32,000 nucleotides of DNA from Ferroglobus placidus DSM 10642 (GCF_000025505.1 NC_013849.1:1350001-1382000); one strand, 5' to 3'; shown: positions 9,319-19,419, counted from the first letter of the stretch. Translations and numbers: made by a program. The notes: generated by a model not told the origin, from the letters alone.

Positions 9319-9959
9319 CGATTTAAACTACACAACCTGATAAATTTTCTATTAACTTCGATTACTCTGGATACCACTGTTGGTAGAGATGTGTTGACAC
9401 TCTTCACAGCAGTTTTTAAGTCCCCCACCACTACGCAGACTCTACAAAAAAGCCCCCTGTTCCAGCTTATCGGAACGTATTTCTCGGTTCCGCCTTCTTA
9501 GTTGTAATACGGATGAATGTGTGTTTTCGGTTAGCGAAACTCCTATCTTAACGGTATTCTTGGCTCTTGAGAGTATTTCGATTTTGAGAGAATAAAAACT
9601 TACAACGCTTGTGCGATTAGTTTGCAGCACGACTATTATTGGCGGTGGAAAGTTTTTAGTAACGCTGACGATCGAAAAGGAGCGAAACTATCGATTTTAG
9701 TAAAATCGGGGGAAGATAATATACATTCCGTACAATGAGTTAGCGTAATTCGACTATCGATGTATTTCTCTCAAATATTTCTCGCTAATGCGTCCTTAAC
9801 GGACTTCGAAGACGTTTACGTAATGTCTTCTGGGACTACGTATCGAGTTATTATTTCGCTAAGTCGAACTAAAACTTTTCTTCTGCAATTATTTTAAATT
9901 AAAGACTATTAGAAAACGATTTAAATCACGTCTAATCATGGATTTATGAGGTGTTTTAA

Positions 9960-11111
9960 ATGGATTTCGAACTCACGCAAGAGCAAAAGGATATTCAAAG
10001 AGCAGCAAGAGAGTTTGCTCAGGCGGAATTCACTCCGGAGAGAGGAAGGGAGTACGACGAAAAGGAAGAATTTCCTTTTGATCTCTGGAAAAAAGCCTGC
10101 GAGCTCGGCTTTATAGGCGTGCACTTCCCTGAAGAATACGGAGGAGCTGGGCTCGGATATTTGGAGAACGTTCTTATCGCTGAAGAATTCTGCAGGGCTG
10201 ACAGCACAATAGGAAGTGCGATAATTCTCTCTGACTTCTCCTCAGAAGTTATAATGAAGTTCGGTAGCGAGGAGCAGAAAGAAGAGGTTCTGCCGAAGGT
10301 GGCGAGCGGAAAAGCCATAACAGCTGGCTGTTATACTGAACCGGAAGCCGGGAGCGATTTAACTGCTATAAGGACGAAAGCTGAGAAAGATGGAGACGAG
10401 TGGGTGATTAACGGGACGAAGACGTTCATAACGAACGCTCCCATAGCCGATTATTTCGTCGTTTTGGCTGTAACCGATCCGAACGCTCAGCCGAGGTATC
10501 GTGGCTTTACGACGTTTCTCGTGAGGAAAAACGCTGAAGGTTTGAAGATAAACAAGATAACTGGAAAGTTCGGGATTAGGAGTTCTCCTACAGCCGAAGT
10601 TAGCTTTAAGGATGTTAGAGTAAGTGAAGAAGACGTAATCGGACAGCTCAACCGCGGATTTTATCAGGTTCTCGAATTCTTCGACGGGAGCAGAATAGAA
10701 ATAGCTGCTCAAGCTATAGGAATAGCTCAGGGGGCTTTAGACAAAACGATTAGCTACGTGAAGCAGAGAAAGCAGTTTGGACAGCCGATAGGAGCTTTTC
10801 AGGCTTTGCAACACAGAATTGCCGACATGGCTGCACAGCTCGAAGCTTGCAGACTCTTGGTTTACAAAGCTGCTTGGAAGTACGACAGGGGCGAAATCGA
10901 TCCAGCTTTAACGAGCATGGCTAAGTACTACGCTGGAAAGCTTGCCGTTAGAATATGCGACGAAGCGATCCAAATGCACGGTGGTTATGGATATATAGCT
11001 GAGTACGACGTGGAGAGATTTTACAGAGACGCGAAGATCACCGAAATCTACGAAGGGACGAAGGAGATTCAACTCAACACAATTGCGAAAGGTTTATTGG
11101 GTAAGTTGTAA
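9960..11111 (+). CDS. Acyl-CoA dehydrogenase
   Basis: 383 aa; MDFELTQEQKDIQRAAREFAQAEFTP, ITAGCYTEPEAGSD, RKQFGQPIGAFQALQHRIADMA, IQMHGGYGYIAEYDVERFYRDAKITEIYEGTKEIQLNTIAK. Confidence 0.97.
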   Translation: MDFELTQEQKDIQRAAREFAQAEFTPERGREYDEKEEFPFDLWKKACELGFIGVHFPEEYGGAGLGYLENVLIAEEFCRADSTIGSAIILSDFSSEVIMKFGSEEQKEEVLPKVASGKAITAGCYTEPEAGSDLTAIRTKAEKDGDEWVINGTKTFITNAPIADYFVVLAVTDPNAQPRYRGFTTFLVRKNAEGLKINKITGKFGIRSSPTAEVSFKDVRVSEEDVIGQLNRGFYQVLEFFDGSRIEIAAQAIGIAQGALDKTISYVKQRKQFGQPIGAFQALQHRIADMAAQLEACRLLVYKAAWKYDRGEIDPALTSMAKYYAGKLAVRICDEAIQMHGGYGYIAEYDVERFYRDAKITEIYEGTKEIQLNTIAKGLLGKL

Positions 11112-11131
11112 AGTTTAAAAAGTTAAACGGG

Positions 11132-12847
11132 GTGAAGCTGATGGAGGATGAGCTGAAGAAGAAGGAGATCGAAAGAATTAGGAAGAAGAGGGAAGAGTGG
11201 GAGAAAAACTGTTTGCAACCGTTTTTGGAAAAGGCTGGCGAAAGAGACTATCCTTTCGAAACGCTCTCTGGAATTGAGGTAAAGAGGGTTTACGATCCTG
11301 AAGATATCGCTCACATAGACTTTGTCAGAGATATCGGTTATCCGGGAGAATTTCCCTTTACGAGGGGAGTATATCCGACGATGTACAGGGGAAGGCTCTG
11401 GACGATGAGACAGTTCTCCGGATTTGGAACGGCTGAAGACACGAACAGGAGATGGAAGATGCTTCTTAAGGAAGGTCAGACGGGATTGAGCACAGCTTTT
11501 GACTTCCCCACTTTAATGGGTTTGGACAGCGACGACCCTCTTGCTGACGGAGAAGTTGGTAAGGTTGGAGTGGCTGTAGATACTCTAAAAGATTTCGAAA
11601 TACTCTTCGACGGAATTCCCCTCGACAAGATATCGACCTCCTTCACGATCAATCCGCCGGCTGCGATAATTCTGGCTATGTATACAGCTATAGGCGACAT
11701 GCAGGGTGTTCCGAGGGATCAGCTGAGAGGAACTATTCAGAACGACATGCTTAAAGAGTTCCACGCTCAGAACACGATAGTCCTTCCACCGGAGCCTTCC
11801 GTCAAGATAATCGTGGACATATTCGAGTGGGGTATTGAAAACGTTCCGAAGTTCAATCTCATAAGCATTTCCGGATACCACATAAGAGAGGCTGGCTCTA
11901 CAGCCGTTCAGGAGCTTGCTTTCACGATAGCGGACGGAATGGCTTACGTTGAGGCTGCCATGGAAAGGGGAATCGATGTGGATAGGTTAGCTCCTCAGCT
12001 GAGCTTCTTCTTCAACGCCCACAACAACTTCTTCGAAGAGATCGCCAAATTCAGGGCGGCGAGAAGAATGTGGGCTAAGATAATGAGAGACGAGTTCGGA
12101 GCTAAGAATCCGAGGTCTTGGTGGATGAAGTTCCACGTGCAAACAGCTGGATGCACTTTAACGGCTCAGCAGCCTTTGAACAACATAGTCAGAGTAACTA
12201 TTCAGGCTATGGCGGCTGTTTTAGGAGGCTGCCAGAGCTTGCATACGAACAGCTTCGACGAAGCTTGGGCTTTGCCGAGTGAAGAGGCTGTTAGGGTAGC
12301 TCTGAGAACTCAGCAGATAATAGCTTACGAGAGCGGTATTCCAGATACTATCGATCCCCTTGCGGGAAGCTACTACGTTGAGTGGCTTACGGACAAGATG
12401 GAGAAGCTCGCTTGGAAGTACATCGAAGAGATAAGGAAAATGGGTGAGGGAAGCGTTTTGCAGGGAGTTTTGAGGGGGATAGAGAACGGATTCTTCGTCA
12501 AAGAGATTAGCAACGCTGCGGCGAAGTATCAGAAGGAGGTCGAAGAAGGCAGAAGAATAATCGTCGGAGTTAACAAGTTCACGATAAAGGAGAAGCTGAA
12601 GATTCCGATCCTCAAGGTCGATCCGGAGGTGCAGAGGAGGCAGATCGAGAGGCTGAAGAAGGTTAAGGCTGAGAGGGACAACGAAGCCGTCAAAGAAGCT
12701 TTAGAATGGTTGAGAAACGCCGCCGAAAATGACGAAAACGTCATGCCTCCGATACTTGAAGCTGTGAAGAATTACGCTACGGTCGGAGAAATTATGGGAG
12801 TTCTCAAGGAGGTTTACGGAACTTACAGAAAGCCTATCATCATCTAA
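11132..12847 (+). CDS. Methylmalonyl-CoA mutase, large (catalytic) subunit
   Basis: 571 aa; YPTMYRGRLWTMRQFSGFGTAEDTNRRWKMLL, GLSTAFDFPTLMGLDSDDP, SISGYHIREAGSTAVQELAFT, LHTNSFDEAWALPSEEAVRVALRTQQI. Confidence 0.97.
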   Translation: MKLMEDELKKKEIERIRKKREEWEKNCLQPFLEKAGERDYPFETLSGIEVKRVYDPEDIAHIDFVRDIGYPGEFPFTRGVYPTMYRGRLWTMRQFSGFGTAEDTNRRWKMLLKEGQTGLSTAFDFPTLMGLDSDDPLADGEVGKVGVAVDTLKDFEILFDGIPLDKISTSFTINPPAAIILAMYTAIGDMQGVPRDQLRGTIQNDMLKEFHAQNTIVLPPEPSVKIIVDIFEWGIENVPKFNLISISGYHIREAGSTAVQELAFTIADGMAYVEAAMERGIDVDRLAPQLSFFFNAHNNFFEEIAKFRAARRMWAKIMRDEFGAKNPRSWWMKFHVQTAGCTLTAQQPLNNIVRVTIQAMAAVLGGCQSLHTNSFDEAWALPSEEAVRVALRTQQIIAYESGIPDTIDPLAGSYYVEWLTDKMEKLAWKYIEEIRKMGEGSVLQGVLRGIENGFFVKEISNAAAKYQKEVEEGRRIIVGVNKFTIKEKLKIPILKVDPEVQRRQIERLKKVKAERDNEAVKEALEWLRNAAENDENVMPPILEAVKNYATVGEIMGVLKEVYGTYRKPIII

Positions 12848-12867
12848 AATTTTTTTGAGGTGGTGGG

Positions 12868-13293
12868 ATGGAGAGACCGATCAAGGTTCTCGTCGCCAAA
12901 GTTGGATTGGACGGTCACGATAGGGGGGCTAAAGTCGTTGCGAGATTCTTAAGAGATGCTGGCTTCGAAGTCGTTTACACCGGCTTACATAGAACTCCGC
13001 AGGAAGTGGCGATGGCAGCGGTTCAGGAGGACGTTGATGTTGTTGGGATATCCATTCACAGCGGAGCTCACAAGGAGCTGGTGCCGAAGGTAATAAAGTA
13101 CATCAAAGAATTTGGAGGAAACCCAGAGGAGATGGTAATACTCGTTGGAGGAATAATCCCCGAAGACGACTTTGAAGAGCTGAAAAAAGCTGGAGTTGAT
13201 GGTATCTTCATCCCCGGAACACCGATTCAGGAGATAATAGATTTTATAAAGAAAGCCGTAGCTGAGAAGAGAAAAGCGGTGGCTAAGAAATGA
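12868..13293 (+). CDS. Methylmalonyl-CoA mutase, B12-binding subunit
   Basis: 141 aa; [41 protein letters not shown] (DxHxxG cobalamin-binding motif), [25 protein letters not shown]. Confidence 0.97.
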   Translation: MERPIKVLVAKVGLDGHDRGAKVVARFLRDAGFEVVYTGLHRTPQEVAMAAVQEDVDVVGISIHSGAHKELVPKVIKYIKEFGGNPEEMVILVGGIIPEDDFEELKKAGVDGIFIPGTPIQEIIDFIKKAVAEKRKAVAKK

Positions 13294-14333
13294 ACGTTGA
13301 GGAGATTGTTGAGGGGATACTGAACAAGAACAGAAGGGCTTTAGCGAGAGCAATAACGTACGTTGAAAACGAATATCCAGAGGGGAAAGAGATTTTAAAA
13401 AGGGTTTATCACCGCACCGGAAAAGCTCACGTCGTTGGGATTACTGGCTTTCCCGGAGTAGGTAAATCTACAACTGTGAGTAAGCTGACGCAGGAGTTCA
13501 GAAGGAGGGGTAAAACCGTAGGGATTGTAGCTGTTGATCCCGGCTCCCCTTTTACCGGAGGTGCTTTGCTCGGAGATAGATTAAGGCTCGATGGCTTGGA
13601 TGTGAACAATCCTCTTTGGCTTGACGAAGGCGTTTTCTTCAGAAGCATGAGCTCTCGCGGGAGAGCTGGTGGAATTGCCGCTAAAACGGGAGACGTGGTA
13701 AGGCTGATGGACGCTTTTGGCTTTGATGTAATCTTCGTCGAAACTGTCGGAGCGGGACAGAGCGAAGTGGACATAATAGAGGTGGCTGACACGAGCATAG
13801 TCATTTTAATGCCGGAGATGGGAGACGACATTCAGATAAACAAAGCCGGGATTCTTGAAATCGGAGACATCTACGTGGTGAACAAAGCGGATTTGGGAGG
13901 AGCCGAAAAAACTGTGAAGTGGCTCAAATCGATGATCATGATGGATCAGGAAGCTCTGGAGATTTTGTCGAAAACTACTCATGCTGATGAACATGCTGTT
14001 GAAAGCGGAGAAATTTTTGAGAGGTTGAAGAGAACGAAAGATTGGATACCTCCGGTTTTGACTACCGTCGCCGAGAAAGGAGAAGGAATTAAGGAGCTTG
14101 CCGATGCGATAGAGCAGCATTTCGAGTATCTTAAGAAGAGCGGAAAATTAGAGGAGAGGAGAATAAGGAGGCTTAGCAGGGAAGTCTTCGATCTGATAAT
14201 GGACGAGATAAAGAATTTGCTCTCCAAGAACGATGTGATCAACTACAGGGAGGTAATCCAAAAAGTTGTTAGAGGAGAGCTCGATCCTCACACTGCTGCT
14301 GAGATGGTCGTCGAGAAGTTGATTAGGCTATGA
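13290..14333 (+). CDS. meaB: Methylmalonyl-CoA mutase-associated GTPase (MeaB/ArgK family)
   Basis: 347 aa; [45 protein letters not shown]-type G4 ([10 protein letters not shown]), [13 protein letters not shown]. Confidence 0.95.
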   Translation: MNVEEIVEGILNKNRRALARAITYVENEYPEGKEILKRVYHRTGKAHVVGITGFPGVGKSTTVSKLTQEFRRRGKTVGIVAVDPGSPFTGGALLGDRLRLDGLDVNNPLWLDEGVFFRSMSSRGRAGGIAAKTGDVVRLMDAFGFDVIFVETVGAGQSEVDIIEVADTSIVILMPEMGDDIQINKAGILEIGDIYVVNKADLGGAEKTVKWLKSMIMMDQEALEILSKTTHADEHAVESGEIFERLKRTKDWIPPVLTTVAEKGEGIKELADAIEQHFEYLKKSGKLEERRIRRLSREVFDLIMDEIKNLLSKNDVINYREVIQKVVRGELDPHTAAEMVVEKLIRL

Positions 14334-14608
14334 AGGAAAGCTGGAGCGAGTTCAGCGAAAGCGTTGAGAAAAGCAGGGAATACCACAAGAGGTATCACAT
14401 AGCGGTGAACAATAAAGTTAGGAGGAAAATTCTGAAGCTTATAAAGGAAGGGAAAAGTTACGACGAAATTTTAGAGGAGCTGGGGATAAGCGAGGAGGAT
14501 TTTGAATACCACCTAAAAATTCTTGAGTGGGGTTTTTGCATAGTTAGAGATGGGAAAAAGCTTGAGCTCACGAAGGAAGGGGAAGTTGTAGATTACATAG
14601 GTGAGTAA
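14330..14608 (+). CDS. Small winged-HTH (ArsR-like) protein, overlapping the meaB stop
   Basis: 92 aa; [55 protein letters not shown]; 4-nt ATGA overlap with the upstream gene. Confidence 0.75.
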   Translation: MKESWSEFSESVEKSREYHKRYHIAVNNKVRRKILKLIKEGKSYDEILEELGISEEDFEYHLKILEWGFCIVRDGKKLELTKEGEVVDYIGE

Positions 14609-15361
14609 ATGATAGTCGCCGTTGCCCAGCAGAGAATTGTGGAGGATGTTGAAGTTAACAAGATGAAAGCTCTGAGTTTGGTGAAGAGAGCTATTCAGCA
14701 CGAAGCGAAGATAGTTGTTTTGCCCGAAGCCTCAAATACCGGCTTGTTCCCGGAGAATTTCGGAAAAGTTAGAAGCTTGGAAGAAGAGCTCGACTTAATT
14801 CTCAAACTCTCTGAAAGGAAGGACATACTCGTAATCGCTGGAGTCGTAGAGAGAAGCGAAGGAAATCTGTTCAATTCCGTCGCTTTAATTTACAGGGGGG
14901 AAGTCATAGGAAAGTACAGCAAAATTTTGCTTTTCCCTTTGAACGAGGAGAGAAAGTACCTTACGGCTGGAAAGGAGCTGAAAGTCTTTGAAACTGACTT
15001 CGGCAAAATCGGAGTTTTAGTTTGCTACGAGGTAAGATTTCCAGAGATGGCGAGAAAACTCATGAAGATGGGTGCCGAAATTTTGGCTGTTCCGGCAGAG
15101 TTTCCGGCAGAGAGAATAGAGCACTGGAGAACCTTGCTGAGAGCGAGAGCTATAGAAAATCAGTTCTACGTTTTGGGAGCAAACTGCGTCTCTCCAGACG
15201 GTTTTTACGGTGGAAACTCGATGATAGTTGATCCAATGGGAAACGTCGTGAACGAAGCGGGGAATTTGCAGGAGATAATTATCGGAGAGGTAAATCTTGA
15301 GTATGTCAGGAGGGTTAGGGAGGAATACCCCTTTCTGAAGGATCTCGATTCGATCCCGTGA
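14609..15361 (+). CDS. Carbon-nitrogen (nitrilase-family) hydrolase
   Basis: 250 aa; VVLPEASNTGLFPENF, KYSKILLFPLNEERKYLTAG, GVLVCYEVRFPEMARKLMKMGAEILAVPAEF (E-K-C triad context). Confidence 0.93.
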   Translation: MIVAVAQQRIVEDVEVNKMKALSLVKRAIQHEAKIVVLPEASNTGLFPENFGKVRSLEEELDLILKLSERKDILVIAGVVERSEGNLFNSVALIYRGEVIGKYSKILLFPLNEERKYLTAGKELKVFETDFGKIGVLVCYEVRFPEMARKLMKMGAEILAVPAEFPAERIEHWRTLLRARAIENQFYVLGANCVSPDGFYGGNSMIVDPMGNVVNEAGNLQEIIIGEVNLEYVRRVREEYPFLKDLDSIP

Positions 15362-15408
15362 TTTTTAGTATAATTTTATAAATCATATAAGCGTACATAA
15401 ATTTCGAT

Positions 15409-16071
15409 ATGGGTGATCGGGAGAATGTTGTAAATGAGAGAAATGTAGACCCTTTAATCCAACTTTTTAAGAACAATCCAACTGTACTTGAGTTATTGGG
15501 AAAATTGTGGGAGGCACTCTATGTTGAAGGTAGTACGCCGGATATTGGAAAAAGAAGAGAACATATTATACGAACTATGTTGGAAGAAGAATTTGGACTT
15601 AGGGTTATTGAAGCTCCACCAATGGAAAGAGAATGGGATTTTTCGGTAGTAGTTGGAGGAGAAGAAAGAAGATATAGCCTTAAAACTACAGAAAAAATAA
15701 CCACTGTAAAAGTTGCATGGAACGGTTTCCCGTCGATAGAGAGGGCACGAAAATTTGTATTCAAATATCCGATTATGTACGTAACTGGAGATCGAGAAAG
15801 CAAAAAAATTTCGATTTATGTTTTTGAAGTTGAAGACATCGAAACATTAAGGTGGGAAATGGGCGATAACATCTGGTGGATTCCTAAAGGAGGAAATCCA
15901 AGAGGATTTGGACTTAATACGCAAGCAATCAGAAGTTTAATTAAAAAAGCTGAAGAAAAAGAGAATTTTGTAACAGTAAATTATAAATCAGTAGATATAA
16001 CTAAAATTAGAGATAAATACTGGAAAATCTGGTATAATGTTCTAAAAAAGTTGGTTTTAGAAGAAGGTTAA
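15409..16071 (+). CDS. Putative type II restriction endonuclease partner of the adjacent DNA methyltransferase
   Basis: 220 aa; AT-rich ORF convergent with the MTase. It contains TPDIGKRREHIIRTMLEEEFG and EWDFSVVVGGEERRYSLKTTEK, a possible variant PD-(D/E)XK core (D...SLK). Call rests mainly on gene neighbourhood. Confidence 0.6.
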   Translation: MGDRENVVNERNVDPLIQLFKNNPTVLELLGKLWEALYVEGSTPDIGKRREHIIRTMLEEEFGLRVIEAPPMEREWDFSVVVGGEERRYSLKTTEKITTVKVAWNGFPSIERARKFVFKYPIMYVTGDRESKKISIYVFEVEDIETLRWEMGDNIWWIPKGGNPRGFGLNTQAIRSLIKKAEEKENFVTVNYKSVDITKIRDKYWKIWYNVLKKLVLEEG

Positions 16072-16991
16072 GAAAAGTATTCTGTAAGCTTTTTTGTAGC
16101 TTTTATTTCTTTTATCCTTCGCTTAGCAATTTCAACGTACTTTTCTTCGATATCTATTCCTATGAAATGTCTTCCGGTTTTTAGTGCAGCGACACATGTG
16201 GTACCACTACCAACAAATGGGTCTAAGACAACATCTCCTTTAAACGTAAAGAGTTGTATACATCTGTACGGCAACTCCTCAGGGAAAGGAGCTGGGTGAC
16301 CAACTCTTTTTGCTGACTCGGGTGGGAATTTCCAAACGCTTTTAGTAAACTCTAAAAATTCTTCTCTTGAAATAGTATCCTCTTTGTTTCCTTTTTCTCT
16401 TTTAAAGCTACCTTTAGACAAAACGATAATGTATTCGTGTTGATCTCTTAATACGGGATTTACGGCTGATTGCCAAGTTCCCCAAGCTGTTGAAGCACCG
16501 CTGACAGCATCTCCTTTGTCCCATATAATTTCGCCTCTAAAAAGAAACCCTATTTTTTCAAATCTTTCTATTAAATAGGCGTGTAGGGGGATGTATGGTT
16601 TTCTACCTAAATTAGCAACATTAAAACAGACACGTCCACCCCAAACAAGAACTCTATAAACCTCTTTCATAACCTCTTCGATGAAATCGAGGTATTCACC
16701 TAAAGTTAAATCTTCGTCATACTCTTTCCCTACATTGTAAGGCGGAGAAGTAACCATTAAATGAATACAATTCTTAGGAAGGTTCTTTAAGACCTCACGA
16801 GCGTCGCCTAATATTATATTATCTAATAGTTCGGGTGGGACGGGATTCTCAATAAGATCAGCAGGCGTCGGATTTGGAAAGTTGTTGTTCTTATATAATT
16901 TTCTTGAATAAAACGGTTTTGAATCATGACTGACTCTTCCTTGAACTCCGAAACTGCTTGTTCGAGTTTTTTTTCTCATACCGTTTTTCAC
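16068..16991 (-). CDS. Site-specific DNA methyltransferase (N4-cytosine or N6-adenine; TSPPY motif)
   Basis: 307 aa; catalytic motif VTSPPYNVGKEYDED precedes the SAM motif DVVLDPFVGSGTTCVAAL (beta-type order); ATGA overlap with the upstream AbrB-like gene. Confidence 0.93.
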   Translation of the reverse strand: MKNGMRKKTRTSSFGVQGRVSHDSKPFYSRKLYKNNNFPNPTPADLIENPVPPELLDNIILGDAREVLKNLPKNCIHLMVTSPPYNVGKEYDEDLTLGEYLDFIEEVMKEVYRVLVWGGRVCFNVANLGRKPYIPLHAYLIERFEKIGFLFRGEIIWDKGDAVSGASTAWGTWQSAVNPVLRDQHEYIIVLSKGSFKREKGNKEDTISREEFLEFTKSVWKFPPESAKRVGHPAPFPEELPYRCIQLFTFKGDVVLDPFVGSGTTCVAALKTGRHFIGIDIEEKYVEIAKRRIKEIKATKKLTEYFS

Positions 16992-17161
16992 CCCTTTAGT
17001 GGTGTAACGACTATTATCAGCTTTCCATTTTCTGCTCTAATCTCCCATTTTAACTTGTCACCTTCTGAAAGGTTAAACTGTTTGACAATACCTATAGGTA
17101 CTGTTGTTCTTAGAGATTTACTTTTCGATGTGGCTTTGGTTAATATAGTAATCTCTCCCAT
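16988..17161 (-). CDS. AbrB/SpoVT-type small DNA-binding protein
   Basis: Track ORF extends to 17173 (GTG). The upstream GGAGGTG better fits ATG at 17159-17161: MGEITILTKATSKSKSLRTTVPIGIVKQFNLSEGDKLKWEIRAENGKLIIVV. Confidence 0.75.
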   Translation of the reverse strand: MGEITILTKATSKSKSLRTTVPIGIVKQFNLSEGDKLKWEIRAENGKLIIVVTPLKG

Positions 17162-17240
17162 TTTTGAACACACCTCCGTATTTGTAAAATATTAGGTAAA
17201 ATAATTTATAAATTCTGCGGTGTTCATTATATCTCTTGAT

Positions 17241-17867
17241 TTACCGCAACTTTCTCAAAATTATGTAGTACTCTCTCCTATCCTTAGCCTTTTCAACTGC
17301 TTCAACTTCAAAAATTTCCGGAAATTCTGGAATTCTCTCTTTTGAAACGAAAAGGACTTTACCTCCTTTTTTCAGCTTTTCAACAAATCTCATAAGAGCT
17401 TTCAATGAATCCTCAGGCTCTAAAGTTAGATCGCACAAAATGACGTCAAGTTCATCGAGCCTTGAAGTGTCGAAGGTGAAAGCGTCGTCTATGAAAACTC
17501 TGATGTTCTTCCTCTCTTCTTCGATTTCTCTAAGTGAATCTTCGAACTCTTTGCTGTACTCTATTCCGTAAACGAGCTTTGCTTTCTCGCTTGCGTAGAG
17601 CAAAAATCCTCCGGCGCTGCTTCCAAGATCCAAAACGATGTCACCCTCTTCTACGATTCCATACTTTTTGTCGAGCTCTTTCAGCTTGTAGTATCCTCTC
17701 GGCTTTCCTTTCTCTGCAACCTCTATTTTTTCGCTTCCCTTAACTTGGAATGACGGCTTTGTAATCACCTTCCCGTTCACTTTTACGAATCCCCTTTTTA
17801 TCGCCTCTTTAGCCTGACTTCTCGATTTAAAGTAGCCGGATTTTTTCAGAAATTCGTCAAGCCTCAT
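17241..17867 (-). CDS. S4-domain plus FtsJ/TlyA-like methyltransferase
   Basis: 208 aa; S4 region MRLDEFLKKSGYFKSRSQAKEAIKRGFVKVNGKVITKPSFQV, then DIVLDLGSSAGGFLLYASEKAKLVYGIEYSKE. Confidence 0.82.
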   Translation of the reverse strand: MRLDEFLKKSGYFKSRSQAKEAIKRGFVKVNGKVITKPSFQVKGSEKIEVAEKGKPRGYYKLKELDKKYGIVEEGDIVLDLGSSAGGFLLYASEKAKLVYGIEYSKEFEDSLREIEEERKNIRVFIDDAFTFDTSRLDELDVILCDLTLEPEDSLKALMRFVEKLKKGGKVLFVSKERIPEFPEIFEVEAVEKAKDRREYYIILRKLR

Positions 17868-19419
17868 CCCAGAAAAGCTTAACTCTCTCCACTTTTCTAA
17901 TTCCCCTCTCCTCTCTGTAGTTTTTCGTCCACTCTATCCATTCTTTTGGAGCGTCTTTGCTAACTCCTCCGTGAGAAGTCAATCTTTCCCTAACTCTTAT
18001 CAAAACTGGAGCGTTCAAGGCTACTCCGCTAACCAAAGCCTGTCCTTTTGTCAGTCCTGGAAGCTCCTCTATCATGTCCTTTCCTATGCTCTCCACGCTC
18101 TTCCTTATGTATTCTTGATCAGCCGGATTGATTATTCTCATAACTACTTGCGTCATGCACTGGCTTAGTATGTCCGAGTCTATCTTAGCCGGTCTCTGGC
18201 TTATCAGGCAAACTCCCACTCCGAACTTTCTACCCTCGCTTAATATCGTTCTCAGTACTTTGTAACTCCTCGCCTCCTTGGAGGCAAAGCGATGAGCTTC
18301 TTCGATTATCACAAAAACCGGATATTCAAGCTTTTCCCCTTTCAACCCCTTCTCAGCGTTAATTCTGGCGTTCAAAATTCTCTTCAGAAGAACGCTGACG
18401 AGAGTCTCCTGCTCCCTATCTCCGAGCTCGGTAAGCTGAAGAACGCTCGCCTGTCCGGGTTTCAGCAGCTCTTTCAGTTCTATGTGTCTGTTGTCGTCGA
18501 TTATTTCAAAATTTTTCACGTACCTCGTTATCCTCCATTCGAGGGCTTTAGCCGTGAGCTTATCGCTTTCTCCAGCGACATCGTAAATCTTCTCTATCAG
18601 CTCCGCTGACGTGAAGTATTTCCCTTCTAAATCTCTGTAAACTCTGTTAAGCAAAGCCTCCTGCTTGTCCGTAAGTTCCGGAAGCAAGTTAACGAGCTCC
18701 TCGTATTCCAGCTCAGACAACCTTATCTTTATCTCGTCCTTGTCGTAAATTCTTACCCTCACTTTGTAGCTGCCGGAAGAGAACTCCTTCAGTCCCTCTA
18801 TCTCCTTCAAAGTGTGGTACTCTCCGTGGGGGTCGAAGATGAGTAGAGCGGCTGAGTTGTAGGGTTTTAAAAGCTCCTCAGCCAGAACTCCAGCTAAATA
18901 GCTTTTTCCGCTTCCGGTGGAAGCTAAGATGCACATGTGCTCGCTCGTCAGCAGAGCAGCGTCGAGCACTACTGGAATGTCCTCTTCTCTGTTCAGCAAG
19001 TATCCTATGTGCACGGATCCAACCTCTCCAACCTTCTTCCTGAAAAGGGAATTCTCCAGAACTTCCCTCTCCGCTAAGTAAATCTTCTGCCCGGCTTTTG
19101 GCTGTATTCTCGGATTCACGAATCCGAGTTTTTCGTCGAAGTAACCCATTATCACGGCTTTAACTTCGTAAAGCTCGAACTCCGGATTCTCAACTCCGAG
19201 AATTCTCAAAATTCTCTCGGGCTCTATTTCCGGATTGGAGAGGTAGAGAGTAGGATAAAGCCTCACCGGAGACCTCTTCACGACTCTGCAGATAACCTTC
19301 TTCTCTCCGAGCAAGTAGTAAACGAATTCTCCGCTCTTAATTTTGCTGCTGTCTGGAGTTACGAAAGTAAATTCGTGGGGAGCTTCGGCAGGACCTTTAA
19401 CCAGTCCTATCGCCTTCAA
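17857..19419 (-). CDS. herA: HerA bipolar DNA helicase/translocase
   Basis: 520 aa; HAS-barrel-like N-terminus, Walker A ILASTGSGKSYLAGVLAEELL, Walker B PVFVIIEEAHRFA, GRKFGVGVCLISQRPAKIDSDILSQCMTQVVMRI; linked to nurA/rad50/mre11. Confidence 0.95.
   Translation of the reverse strand: MKAIGLVKGPAEAPHEFTFVTPDSSKIKSGEFVYYLLGEKKVICRVVKRSPVRLYPTLYLSNPEIEPERILRILGVENPEFELYEVKAVIMGYFDEKLGFVNPRIQPKAGQKIYLAEREVLENSLFRKKVGEVGSVHIGYLLNREEDIPVVLDAALLTSEHMCILASTGSGKSYLAGVLAEELLKPYNSAALLIFDPHGEYHTLKEIEGLKEFSSGSYKVRVRIYDKDEIKIRLSELEYEELVNLLPELTDKQEALLNRVYRDLEGKYFTSAELIEKIYDVAGESDKLTAKALEWRITRYVKNFEIIDDNRHIELKELLKPGQASVLQLTELGDREQETLVSVLLKRILNARINAEKGLKGEKLEYPVFVIIEEAHRFASKEARSYKVLRTILSEGRKFGVGVCLISQRPAKIDSDILSQCMTQVVMRIINPADQEYIRKSVESIGKDMIEELPGLTKGQALVSGVALNAPVLIRVRERLTSHGGVSKDAPKEWIEWTKNYREERGIRKVERVKLFWDEA

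Noticed and set aside
9442-9630. 62 aa minus-strand ORF in the 9.3-9.9 kb gap
   Set aside because: No recognisable family, no convincing RBS, and biased composition; listed only as part of the unexplained gap.
9692-9708. CGATTTTAgTAAAATCG as a hairpin terminator
   Set aside because: A one-nt centre cannot form a normal hairpin loop and there is no poly-T tract; at best it is a protein-binding palindrome.
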